Made by a program: the position numbers and the translations under genes. This document shows positions 1 through 8,585 of a stretch of DNA of 64,000 bases, in pieces. Source of the DNA: a virus; the IMG/VR virus record IMGVR_UViG_3300032018_000001, positions 77,807-141,806 of that record; one strand, 5' to 3'. Position 1 is the stretch's first letter. Every line of letters starts with the position of its first letter. The notes below the pieces were generated by a model that searched no databases, was not told where the DNA came from, and was given only the letters and a program-made list of their open reading frames with translations.

Positions 1-12
1 GGTATTCCATTT

Positions 13-273
13 GTGAAGGGTAAGACTCCATGGATTGATGTAATCAATGTCGTGTGCGGTAGCAACTACTTGGCTGAATCAAAGGATACTACTTTTGAGG
101 TCATGGTTAAACGCTATCTGGCACCGCTGCATGCTAAGATAAAAAAGCAAGCCAAGAAAGAGCCTGAGAATGTTCAGCTGCAAAAGAAGGCTGCTACGAT
201 TGAGCAGTACTACCATGACGTGCGCCGGGAATTTATGCTGCTGAGCGCTATCTATACCGGGATTAAAAAATGA
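13..273 (+). CDS. hypothetical protein (probably truncated at window edge)
   Basis: ORF track; frame open to window start. Confidence 0.5.
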   Translation: MKGKTPWIDVINVVCGSNYLAESKDTTFEVMVKRYLAPLHAKIKKQAKKEPENVQLQKKAATIEQYYHDVRREFMLLSAIYTGIKK

Positions 274-439
274 TGTGGCTGTGTAATTCTTGTGCTGTTG
301 CCAGGATAAAGGCTGGCACGTTAAAGCCTCTTAACTACTACTGGCCACCTAATGAGGCCCCGTGGAAAGAGGGCAGCTGCGATGACTGCGGTAAAACGGA
401 GCACGTATCTAACTGGCCGGTGCCCAAAAGCAATAAGCC

Positions 440-802
440 ATGAAAACAAAGCTTATCGTCATTGAGGACAAAATCCTCATTAAGTATGCAGCCACGATTG
501 AGAGCAAAACCCGCGGCGGGATTATTATTCCTGACAAAGAGGATAGGGAAATTATTTGCGGGTACGTCAAGGAACGTGGAGAAGGCACTCCGCATTATGA
601 TTTTGATTCAGATAGCGCCGGTGTTCCTGGCACAAAGAAGAGCAAGATATTCTATATCCCTCTTAAGGTATCAATAGGTGACATGGTTTATTTTTTCAGT
701 AGTCGTGCCGCTGACCTTATGGTAGACGGAGAGCGATTTTTTATAACGGAACAGAAAAACATCCTGTTGATTGTTCAGCAGGACATGATGGAAGGGGTGT
801 AA
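440..802 (+). CDS. groES: co-chaperonin GroES (Cpn10) family
   Basis: DKILIK..KTRGGIIIPD mobile loop, G.V...GEG, PLKVSIGD.V, VDGE.F.I.EQ.NIL; extra residues in the roof-loop region. Confidence 0.9.
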   Translation: MKTKLIVIEDKILIKYAATIESKTRGGIIIPDKEDREIICGYVKERGEGTPHYDFDSDSAGVPGTKKSKIFYIPLKVSIGDMVYFFSSRAADLMVDGERFFITEQKNILLIVQQDMMEGV

Positions 803-803
803 C

Positions 804-1055
804 ATGCTACAGATGACCGTTGCTATTCTCATTTTCTTGCTCGGTGCTCCTTTGGGGTACGGCGCTATCAAACTGTTAAAGCTCCTGGGAGCAAACATGG
901 TGACACTGGGGGATGTGGCCAAGGCTTACTTTTTTAGCTTCGCCGTATCGCTTGCTGTGGCCTGCTTCATGTATGCTGTTGTCAATTACTATGTGGTAGA
1001 GGCCCGGAAGCGAAAAGAATGCTGCCAGCTCGGATTTGTACAACTGTCAATTTAA
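804..1055 (+). CDS. small membrane protein (2 hydrophobic segments)
   Basis: two hydrophobic stretches, basic C-terminus. Confidence 0.6.
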   Translation: MLQMTVAILIFLLGAPLGYGAIKLLKLLGANMVTLGDVAKAYFFSFAVSLAVACFMYAVVNYYVVEARKRKECCQLGFVQLSI

Positions 1056-1283
1056 TATTGGAGAGCGCAATGAGCATTTTGTGGGCCGGGCGGACGGTGC
1101 CGTAAAGAATGCTCGTTCCTATCTTCAACCGTACATAGTATAACATGCCAAAACTGACACCTTACTATCGGCGTGGAATCGGGAAAACCAGTTGGTTTCA
1201 AATTGGTGGCCGCGTGAGCATGCTTTCCGGGCTCGCTAGGGTGACGCGGTGTTTTTTAAAAGATTAATATTTGTATTTTTATC

Positions 1284-1313
1284 TTGACTTGCTAATGCTC
1301 ATTTGCTTATATT
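1284..1313 (+). promoter_or_regulatory. sigma70-type promoter
   Basis: TTGACT-18nt-TATATT with AT-rich upstream; GCTTATATTA shared with other early promoters. Confidence 0.65.
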
Positions 1314-1349
1314 ACTACTAACGAAAAAATAATTTAACAGAAGGAGTGT

Positions 1350-1535
1350 GTGATGAGTGTGAAGAACGGATGTCCTAACCCGAAGTGCGATGACCCCGAT
1401 TGCAAACTCGGAAAAATCATGCAGAGCGGCGGCCCGCTTACAGCGGAAGAGCGCAAGGCTCAGGATGCCATAACATCACCGGCGAAAGAGGTTGCTGCCA
1501 AATGCAAGATGAGGCCATCACGGGCAGCATCTTAA
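1350..1535 (+). CDS. hypothetical Cys-rich protein
   Basis: AAGGAG RBS, ORF track. Confidence 0.55.
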   Translation: MMSVKNGCPNPKCDDPDCKLGKIMQSGGPLTAEERKAQDAITSPAKEVAAKCKMRPSRAAS

Positions 1536-1669
1536 ATTTTGCAAAAGCAGAAAACGCCCGGCAGCAGCTATCATGCTGGGAACTACGGAAAAGATTTTAA
1601 TCCTAGAACGCCTATCTGCGGTGATTGCGAATTGCGAGCGGATTGCCGAAAGACATTTTTGGAGTCATA

Positions 1670-1877
1670 ATGAGTTCAGAATTCAACATCAAAGTTACGC
1701 AGGATAAAAAAGACCCCAGCCTCCTGCACATCACCGGGGGGTATTCCTGCCAAGCTTTTGTTTGAACAGCTGCGTATTGCTACGAATAAGCGTGCTATTG
1801 TTAAGGAAGGCGAGAAAAACTTTCTGGTAATATACGAAGATGACGGATTTACACCTTGGCTAAAAAGGGAATTATGA
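1670..1877 (+). pseudogene. small gene frameshifted at G6 run (1736-1741)
   Basis: GGAG RBS; removing one G gives MSSEFNIK...GIPAKLLFEQLR...LKREL ending in ATGA overlap with next start. Confidence 0.5.
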
Positions 1878-2755
1878 TAACCGAAAAATCTGAATTCTCA
1901 AAGCAGTGGATTATTCGTACCGGAATTCCTATTGTGGAATCCTATAATGGCAATATTACTCTGCGTGCGCTTCACTATCAGCTGGTTGCTAATGGGATGA
2001 CAAACGATATTGCTCACTACAAGAAGGTAGTGAATGCCATGATTGAGGCCCGCTGGAAAGGGCTCGTGGCCTTCGATGCTTTCCTTGACCACGAAAGAGA
2101 GACGCTGGGCTCTACGGATTACGAAGAGACAAACGTGATAGATGCGTCTGACCGGGCCAAAGAACAAATCCGGGCGTGGGCTACCAGTTACCACAAAAAC
2201 CGCTGGGAGAATCAGCCGGTGTATCCGGAGGTCTTTATTGAGAAGAAGGCGCTGCAGGGCGTCTTTGAGGCACCGTGCAAGCACTGGGATGTGGCGCTGA
2301 ATCCGTGCAAGGGTTATCCATCGTTGACATTTCAGTACGCATGCAAGAAGCGCTTTGATGAAGCGATTTCATTAGGCAAAGAGCCTATCATTCTTTACTT
2401 TGGCGATTATGATTGTTCCGGGGAAGACATACCGCGGAGCATTGGTGATACGTTTTCTCGCATGGGCACTCCTGTGGAGGTGAGGCGAATTGCACTTATG
2501 AAAGATCAGGTGATAGCGTGGCGTCTTCCCCCGGCTCCTACAAAACAAGAAGATACGCGGAGCCGCAACTGGGATGGCCTGGGACAGGTAGAGCTGGACG
2601 CTGTAGAGCCCCGCAAGATTGTGAAGCTCTGCGAGAAAGCCATTCAGGATGTTTTCGATGACGGGCTCTGGGAAGAGCTGCAGGATGTACAGGAAGAAGA
2701 ACAAGATAAATTCAAAAAGATTCTGAAGCGTGATTTCAAAACACTTCTTGACTAG
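1874..2755 (+). CDS. Topo VI-A/Spo11-like TOPRIM domain protein
   Basis: TLRALHYQL winged-helix Tyr, VFIEKKAL, KGYPS, LYFGDYDCSGEDI (DxD), RRIAL, VELDA; start placed at coupled ATG 1874. Confidence 0.75.
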   Translation: MITEKSEFSKQWIIRTGIPIVESYNGNITLRALHYQLVANGMTNDIAHYKKVVNAMIEARWKGLVAFDAFLDHERETLGSTDYEETNVIDASDRAKEQIRAWATSYHKNRWENQPVYPEVFIEKKALQGVFEAPCKHWDVALNPCKGYPSLTFQYACKKRFDEAISLGKEPIILYFGDYDCSGEDIPRSIGDTFSRMGTPVEVRRIALMKDQVIAWRLPPAPTKQEDTRSRNWDGLGQVELDAVEPRKIVKLCEKAIQDVFDDGLWEELQDVQEEEQDKFKKILKRDFKTLLD

Positions 2756-2763
2756 GAGATAGC

Positions 2764-3348
2764 ATGAACGGCATACGAAAAGAGAACGACAACGTGGCGC
2801 TGTTTGACCTTGACGGTACGCTGTGCGACTACGACAGCGCCATGCTGAAATCCATGAATGCTATCCGGGCACCCTCTGAGCCTGAGATTAAGCATGTCCC
2901 TCAGGACGGGATACCTCCTTTCATGCAGGCCCGGATAGACCTGATATGCGCGGATGAGCTCTGGTGGGAAAACATGCCTCCGCTCGCGGCCGGGTTTGAC
3001 ATCCTTATGGTTGCAAGAGACCTGGGATACCGGCCTATGATTCTGACTCAGGGGCCTAAAAGAAATCCTTATGCATGGTCAGGAAAGAAACGATGGGTAG
3101 ACCGGAACATTGGAGTGAACGTGGACATAACCATTACACGGGACAAGGGGTTGGTTTACGGAAAGGTTATGGTTGACGATTACCCTAAGTACATTTTGCG
3201 CTGGCTGCAGTGGCGAAAAAATGGGCTGGTCATCATGCCACCGAATGAGGGCAATAAGGATTTCAAACATCCTCAGGTCATCCGGTACGACTGCAGCGAG
3301 AAGCTTCCTGAGATTCATGAAGCAATGAAAAAGAGGTTGTCAAAATGA
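2764..3348 (+). CDS. HAD-family 5'(3')-deoxyribonucleotidase (NT5C-like)
   Basis: FDLDGTLCDY motif I, ILT, K..WV, DKGLV.G.VMVDDYP. Confidence 0.8.
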   Translation: MNGIRKENDNVALFDLDGTLCDYDSAMLKSMNAIRAPSEPEIKHVPQDGIPPFMQARIDLICADELWWENMPPLAAGFDILMVARDLGYRPMILTQGPKRNPYAWSGKKRWVDRNIGVNVDITITRDKGLVYGKVMVDDYPKYILRWLQWRKNGLVIMPPNEGNKDFKHPQVIRYDCSEKLPEIHEAMKKRLSK

Positions 3349-3569
3349 TACTACGCACCGTAAAGGATTTTCAGGACATGCTGCTTTATCGCTTTGGCCT
3401 CTTACCGGATAGCATGTTTATTGCTTCAAGCAGCCCCAGCGTTTTTGTCATCATGTACAAGCAGCGCCTCAGGACTCTGTGGTATCGTAAGAAAATAATG
3501 GAGGCCATTGCCGAAAGTAAGTTTGTAGGCAACAGGGTGGGAGTATCAATAATCATAGGTATGGTGTAG
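3345..3569 (+). CDS. hypothetical protein
   Basis: ATGA coupling to previous gene. Confidence 0.5.
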   Translation: MILRTVKDFQDMLLYRFGLLPDSMFIASSSPSVFVIMYKQRLRTLWYRKKIMEAIAESKFVGNRVGVSIIIGMV

Positions 3570-3691
3570 TATGCTAACTAAATTTGTAGTAGCAACCAGC
3601 CCCCGGAGAGCAGCGCAAGCAGTCCGCGGTGTGCCTTGGGATGAGAAGTTTGACAGGAAACGCGCTGCTACAATTTTAAAAAGCAGAAACA

Positions 3692-4054
3692 ATGAAACAA
3701 CCAACACCTGACTTCGATAAGCCCCTTGACTTACTGGCTTTTATTTATAATAGTTTTGGTATCTGCGGATGCTCGCAGTTTGACGTTATTGTCAATGAGC
3801 TTAAACGTTTTTTGACGTGGGCGGGCGCTCCTATGGAAAACAGAAGTCTGTACATTACGCTGTATCCGCGTGATGGAATTTTTTATCTGATAGCAGGAAT
3901 GCTGGACAGGGCCAAGCTAATAGAGCACGGCACTGCTGTGCGTCATCCGTGGCTTACTGATACTGGTAAGGCTTTTCTTGCTGGGCTTAATAAGTACGCA
4001 GTGGAGCAGATTGACGAAGCTAAAGGTGATGCCTATGATGGTTGCACCTATTAA
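3692..4054 (+). CDS. hypothetical protein (winged-helix-like C-terminus)
   Basis: CGC motif, LIEHGT...WLTDTGK. Confidence 0.6.
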   Translation: MKQPTPDFDKPLDLLAFIYNSFGICGCSQFDVIVNELKRFLTWAGAPMENRSLYITLYPRDGIFYLIAGMLDRAKLIEHGTAVRHPWLTDTGKAFLAGLNKYAVEQIDEAKGDAYDGCTY

Positions 4055-4075
4055 CACACATTAAAAGGAGACAAA

Positions 4076-4456
4076 ATGAGAATCCTACAAATCGGAACGC
4101 AGAAGTACACGCAGGTTATTTGCAAGGATGAGCCTAACAGTGTGAATGGTGGCGGAGCCTGTCATTCCTACGCGGTGCTCCCAACAGAGGCGGATTTTAG
4201 CAAAGATGCAGCGGGAATACAGCTTGCTACTGTAAACTTTCAAAACGGCCCTATCAAAGAAGCGGGCGTGAACGGGTGCCACAACGAAGACCTGCTTGCA
4301 ATCGTCATTGACCGGCTGGAGCATTTCCAGAAGGGCTCCTTTGCTTGCCGGGAGAACGCGCTGGCACTGACCAAGTTGGAAGAGGCGATGCACTGGCTGC
4401 GGCACCGCACAAGCGCCAGGGAGGCCCGCGGCGTAGAAGGCACCAGCCAGAAATAG
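4076..4456 (+). CDS. tad1: Tad1/Acb2-family anti-defence signal sponge (Thoeris anti-defence 1-like)
   Basis: NFQNGPIKEAGVNG..NEDLL..VIDRLEHFQ...FACRENALALTKLEEAMHWL..RT..R..RGVEGT matches the Tad1 signature; AAGGAG RBS. Confidence 0.85.
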   Translation: MRILQIGTQKYTQVICKDEPNSVNGGGACHSYAVLPTEADFSKDAAGIQLATVNFQNGPIKEAGVNGCHNEDLLAIVIDRLEHFQKGSFACRENALALTKLEEAMHWLRHRTSAREARGVEGTSQK

Positions 4457-4514
4457 GAGATGTTATGGAAATAACATACAGTCCTGCTCAGTTACGGCAG
4501 TACATCGAGAAGCT

Positions 4515-4781
4515 GTGATGGAAATAAAAATCGGTAATGCAGTTATAGGAAAAATTGACTCCGTGAAAACGCGGGACAAAGAGCGAGTGCTGAGCATAGA
4601 CCCGGCTGCGCTCGCTAAGGATTTTAGCACCTGGGCGTCTTACCTACCAGGGACGGGGATATTTACCGTGGAGCTGACAAGGCCTGCCAAGTGTCCAGTC
4701 TGTAGCAAGCTTGGTTGTAAAGAACATATTGCTGTAAAGCAGGATTGCTTGAAATTGAAGGAGGATGCTAATGGCTTGTGA
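4515..4781 (+). CDS. hypothetical protein with CxxC-x3-C-x2-H motif
   Basis: ORF track. Confidence 0.5.
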   Translation: MMEIKIGNAVIGKIDSVKTRDKERVLSIDPAALAKDFSTWASYLPGTGIFTVELTRPAKCPVCSKLGCKEHIAVKQDCLKLKEDANGL

Positions 4782-4844
4782 TGGAAAATGTTTATCCTGC
4801 AGTGCGTGGAAGACGTGTACTAATTTTAAACGATAGAGGTAACT

Positions 4845-5189
4845 ATGCACACTGTATTACCGTGGATACTTATTGCTCTGGCCATTGCAGCTTTTGTTTT
4901 GGCGCAGTACCTGAAATTTAAGAACGGCACCGTCATGCGCCTTAATGACAGGATTTTAAAATTGGTAAGTAAGAAGGGTACGTTTACCAAAGAAGAACTG
5001 TTTCAGCTTGCGGAAGACTATCAATCGCTGGAGCGCATTTACCTGGAGCGCAAGGAAACTGCCAAGGCAAAAGTCTGTCGTGCCTTTGCTGATGGGTTTA
5101 TGGAAATGTCTGAGGGAGCAGACCGGCGCACTCCTCCTGCTCCCACAGGTGCGCCTGATGACCGTGTAGCCGGTAGCTTGCTATTATAA
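4845..5189 (+). CDS. membrane-anchored hypothetical protein
   Basis: GAGGT RBS, N-terminal hydrophobic helix. Confidence 0.6.
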   Translation: MHTVLPWILIALAIAAFVLAQYLKFKNGTVMRLNDRILKLVSKKGTFTKEELFQLAEDYQSLERIYLERKETAKAKVCRAFADGFMEMSEGADRRTPPAPTGAPDDRVAGSLLL

Positions 5190-5392
5190 ACCTGCGGCCT
5201 GAGCCGTAGTACCTTGCTACTACTATCATGAGCGTAGCAGCAAGGTCTTTTAAATTCGCAGGGTAATAAGTGATAAACATCGGGGATGTAATGTGTAGCC
5301 CTTGTAAAGGGAGCGCGGAGAATAATTCCGGTGTTGCTTACGCCCTGCTACCATTTTTATATTGTTTGCAGAGAATGCTCTTTCAAATTTTA

Positions 5393-5740
5393 GGGGGTGA
5401 ACGGACTCGATTTGAGAATTTAAGTAGTAGGTGCATGCTGAGGACGCAGGTGGGCCTCATAAAAATCCTGCAACAAACAAACAACGAATCCAATGTTGTT
5501 TCTCTGGCCACGCGCCAGAGCGCTGCCTTACAGCTCTCTTTCGTAGCTGCAAGGGCCAGTGTCGCAAACGAAGCGCTCCGTCTCGCAGCGTAAGCGAGAT
5601 TGATTGCGGGCTAAGTCCCGTTGCTGGCGTGAAACTGGTGCTGGGTAACTGACACGTCATAAGATGAGACCCGGATAAGCATGTAGTACCTACGCGGACG
5701 TTTTCAAAGACCGGGCTATCATAGGCCCGCACCTCCACCA
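5393..5740 (+). ncRNA. ssrA: tmRNA (one-piece)
   Basis: 5' GGGGGTG pairs with 3' CACCTCC-ACCA giving G3:U; GGACTCGA D-loop-like motif; tag frame ending ..LRLAA-TAA (5591-5593) inside hairpin TCTCGC/GCGAGA. Confidence 0.93.
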
Positions 5741-5800
5741 TATTTTTTTTCGGAGCAGCAGTTACTTTTTTCCGGATAGCTGCTGCATCGTTTGTTGTGG

Positions 5801-5834
5801 GCCCTGCTACTCTAACCAGTAGCAGGGCTTTTTT
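5801..5834 (+). terminator. intrinsic terminator, CCCTGCTACT/GTAGCAGGG family
   Basis: stem plus T-tract after tmRNA. Confidence 0.8.
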
Positions 5835-5857
5835 ATTGTGTAAATTAGCAGGCTGGC

Positions 5858-5868
5858 CGTATTAATAT
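5858..5868 (+). promoter_or_regulatory. CGTATTAATAT motif (putative phage promoter class), copy 1
   Basis: identical 11-mer upstream of starts at 56305, 61508 and 63434. Confidence 0.55.
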
Positions 5869-5914
5869 GGTAAGAGGCTAAAGGGTACTACTACTATAAA
5901 AAGGGGATAGACTT

Positions 5915-6508
5915 ATGTTATTAGATGCTAGAAAAATTATAGGTAAACTTTGCGGTAATAAAAAATATCATACACTTGATGTTCGGATTATTGCTGAGCT
6001 TGTTTATGATATAGCTACTATTGCTAATTCGGAATCTTCCGATGCTAATTCGGAATCTTCCGATAAAAAGAAACACCCTATTCAGTCACAAAGAACAGGT
6101 TTTGTGGATATTGGAAGTTGCCAGCGGAGTATTTTGGATTTGTTGGCCGTGGGCAGCTCTGACCAAGCCAAGATTTGCACTTCTTTAGGTATTAAGAGCC
6201 CTACTGCTAATATAGCACTGAATAAACTTCATAAAAAGAAACTTATTTCTCGTAAGAAATCTGGCAAGTGTTTTATTTATCGAGTATATACAAACGGAAA
6301 GAGACAGGAAACTTTTGATGTGCGTACCAATATGACTAAACGCGAGAGAAATTCTCTTATCTATGATAAATTTAAGCAGGGAGAAACCAAAGCACAGCTT
6401 GCTGCTGCTTTTTTTCTTGATAATAATACTGTTGACCATATTATTAAGAAATGCAAAGAACAAAGTCAGGTGGTTAAGCCAGTTGCAGAATTATCAGCAG
6501 TATCATAA
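5915..6508 (+). CDS. DNA-binding protein with winged helix and C-terminal HTH
   Basis: QAKICTSLGIKSPTANIALNKL..KKLISR..Y and ERNSLIY..F..GET..QLAA.F.L...TVDHII; AT-rich; 21-bp tandem duplication 6023-6064. Confidence 0.65.
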   Translation: MLLDARKIIGKLCGNKKYHTLDVRIIAELVYDIATIANSESSDANSESSDKKKHPIQSQRTGFVDIGSCQRSILDLLAVGSSDQAKICTSLGIKSPTANIALNKLHKKKLISRKKSGKCFIYRVYTNGKRQETFDVRTNMTKRERNSLIYDKFKQGETKAQLAAAFFLDNNTVDHIIKKCKEQSQVVKPVAELSAVS

Positions 6509-6520
6509 AGGACGTAACGG

Positions 6521-6703
6521 ATGAATAAGCCCATGCGTAAGCTGGCCAAGAGGGTTGCTAAGGATTTGCGAAAGCAGATTGACAAAGAGTGCAAGGAAAA
6601 AGGAAAGCCTTTCGGTACGCTTTCTGACAAATATAAGGTTGTGGCGTTCCTGGGCTACAGGCCCAGAAACGATTTTCTTATTGCTGGTCTGGGGGGAATT
6701 TAA
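6521..6703 (+). CDS. hypothetical basic protein
   Basis: AAGGA RBS. Confidence 0.5.
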   Translation: MNKPMRKLAKRVAKDLRKQIDKECKEKGKPFGTLSDKYKVVAFLGYRPRNDFLIAGLGGI

Positions 6704-6939
6704 TGGCTAAGGTCATTGAGCGGTTATCTCCTAACGGCCAAGCTTACATGCGTGACAACGTGATGACCGGCTACGACTCTGATTTTGGCCGGTCAACTGT
6801 TTTTGTGGTATGCCCTTTTGTGCAGCAGGCTGATGCTTTGGGTTTCGGCCCTGTCAAAAGCTTAAGCCTGTTGCTTCTGCTCGCCAATTCCTGCACTGGT
6901 CTGCACATCAATATTCGGGCTGTGAGGACGGGGATTTGA
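6703..6939 (+). CDS. hypothetical protein
   Basis: overlaps previous stop; 3' frame uncertain. Confidence 0.4.
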   Translation: MAKVIERLSPNGQAYMRDNVMTGYDSDFGRSTVFVVCPFVQQADALGFGPVKSLSLLLLLANSCTGLHINIRAVRTGI

Positions 6940-6981
6940 CTACCCGTTCCCGTGAAGTCTGAACCTCAGCTGCAGGGAGAG

Positions 6982-7013
6982 GCCCTGCTACTCCAAGGGT
7001 AGCAGGGTTTTTT
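6982..7013 (+). terminator. intrinsic terminator, CCCTGCTACT/GTAGCAGGG family
   Basis: stem plus T-tract. Confidence 0.8.
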
Positions 7014-7057
7014 GTCTTAGTAGGGTAAATTTAAAGATAAATACTTTCATTATTTGC

Positions 7058-7086
7058 TTGCATTCCTGATTGTAATTGCTTATATT
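7058..7086 (+). promoter_or_regulatory. repeated early sigma70-type promoter
   Basis: TTGCAT-tcctgattgtaattgct(17)-TATATT, near-identical copies at 53819, 54301 and 58433. Confidence 0.85.
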
Positions 7087-7100
7087 AGTAGTGTAGGGAA

Positions 7101-7388
7101 ATGAGTATCACTGAGAAATCAAAAAAGCTCTTCATTGATTACGTGAAGGATGCTGGGAACTGGTCTGGATGCCCTGTAGTGGGCGGGAACGTGGGAGGAA
7201 GCAAGGAAGACCGCGGGAACCTTACTCACCTGAAGAAGCTCGGACTCGTAGTAGGCGTTGATGATGAGGAGACTCCTTACATCGTTTTTACCAAAAAAGG
7301 TTTTGATTATGCTTGCAAGCTTGGCCTTGCGGAATACCTGGAAGAGAGTGATTGTACGGCTCAGTCTGAAATAAAGGAGAACTCATGA
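7101..7388 (+). CDS. early hypothetical protein (winged-helix-like)
   Basis: directly after promoter; RGNLTHLKKLGLV...FTKKG. Confidence 0.7.
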   Translation: MSITEKSKKLFIDYVKDAGNWSGCPVVGGNVGGSKEDRGNLTHLKKLGLVVGVDDEETPYIVFTKKGFDYACKLGLAEYLEESDCTAQSEIKENS

Positions 7389-7521
7389 AGCCCCTATCAG
7401 AATTGGAAAAGCTCGTTCTCTCGGAAGAAAACAGGAAGCAGCAGGCGCGGAACCTGTACGTGAACATTTCACGGGAAGACCTTCGCAGGATGGTACGCGC
7501 TTATCGCAGGAAGGAGAAAGC

Positions 7522-7803
7522 ATGAGCCTTGAACTTGATATGGCGCTGACGCGAATAGACCTGGACAAAGAGAACGCGGACAGGAAAGAGCGGGCGCGTT
7601 ACCAGGAACGGTTGCTAAGCATGATTAAGGCCCAGATACCCCACCGGTACGAAGACTGGAAAAAGGAAATCCTTTCAGGTACTATCCAAGACCCGCGCCT
7701 GAAAGTCTGGATAGGAAATGAGCGGTACAAGTCCGGGCGCGGAACGCTCTGGTCAAATTACGTTCAAAGCATCATCGACACATTTCCTGATACGATAAAA
7801 TAG
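7522..7803 (+). CDS. early hypothetical protein
   Basis: AAGGAG RBS. Confidence 0.65.
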   Translation: MSLELDMALTRIDLDKENADRKERARYQERLLSMIKAQIPHRYEDWKKEILSGTIQDPRLKVWIGNERYKSGRGTLWSNYVQSIIDTFPDTIK

Positions 7804-7960
7804 GAGGTACTATGAGTCCTGAAGAAAAGGTAAAAAAGTTGAGCGGAGATTTGGTCAAGGCTCTTGCAGAGTTGCCAGCGTATCCTTACGATGTTGTTTC
7901 TGGGTTAGTAGCCTCTGCCCGGCAGCTGAAAGACAAAATCAATAAACACCTGGAGGGTAA

Positions 7961-8215
7961 ATGATTAGTAACATAACCATTATTCCTAACCGGGTGAAGC
8001 ATGGCCGGTCACTGACCCTTGCTAAGGGTGAAGCAACCTTTGAGAACGGACTGATAGTATCCTTCCGGTTATCGGAGAGTAGCAAGGGGATTCAATGCCT
8101 CTGGAGGGGCGTGAAGTTTTCCAGCGATGAAATCAAGAAGCAGGCGTCCAATCGAGTATTAGCAACCTACGTGATTAATCACTGCATGGACGATAAGAAG
8201 GAAGGGGTACTATGA
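7961..8215 (+). CDS. SpoVG-like nucleic-acid-binding protein (tentative)
   Basis: LAKGEATFENGLIVSFRLSESSKG strand pattern and C-terminal helix ..NRVLATY. Confidence 0.4.
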   Translation: MISNITIIPNRVKHGRSLTLAKGEATFENGLIVSFRLSESSKGIQCLWRGVKFSSDEIKKQASNRVLATYVINHCMDDKKEGVL

Positions 8216-8380
8216 CATTTAATCAATGGTGGAAGAAATACTTCCCTACCTCAAAGAACACAACGGATGGCGGTGTACGGCTTTGAAAAGAAAAGAGCTT
8301 AAGAAATTAAAAAAGAACGGCGGTTTTTAACTAAACACAACAACCTTATACGAACAGGTTTTTAAAGAAGGGAGCGTAGT

Positions 8381-8584
8381 ATGCTAAGATTCAGGAAAGT
8401 TTTAGAAAGGCCATCTTGTTTTGAAATGCTTCGCAATAATAATTCAGACCGTAGGGGAGTGCTTCGTAAGAGTAGGGTAGGATTTCTTTATAAGGCGAAC
8501 AACGGTATTGTTATTGAGCAAGAGCTCACAATTCTTACCGCGGCAGAGATGAAACAGTGCCTGCGTAAACTTAAGGAGCTGTAG
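8381..8584 (+). CDS. hypothetical protein
   Basis: GGGAG RBS. Confidence 0.5.
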   Translation: MLRFRKVLERPSCFEMLRNNNSDRRGVLRKSRVGFLYKANNGIVIEQELTILTAAEMKQCLRKLKEL

Positions 8585-8585
8585 T

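Noticed and set aside
1070-1258. tRNA gene
   Set aside because: No cloverleaf, T-loop consensus or CCA found.
5270-5652. Track ORFs 5270..5593 and 5431..5652 as protein genes
   Set aside because: They overlap the tmRNA; the first merely contains the tag frame.
5393-5740. tmRNA as host attB of an integrated prophage
   Set aside because: Phage-like genes lie on both sides, with no integrase or duplicated 3' end in the window.
6341-6360. Self-target of array unit A (CGAGAGAAATTCTCTT versus concatenated NN string)
   Set aside because: Needs indels and mismatches in low-complexity sequence; chance similarity cannot be excluded.
8322-8365. Two GGTTTTTAA motifs as an additional array unit
   Set aside because: The intervening sequence lacks GYA-NN periodicity on the + strand.
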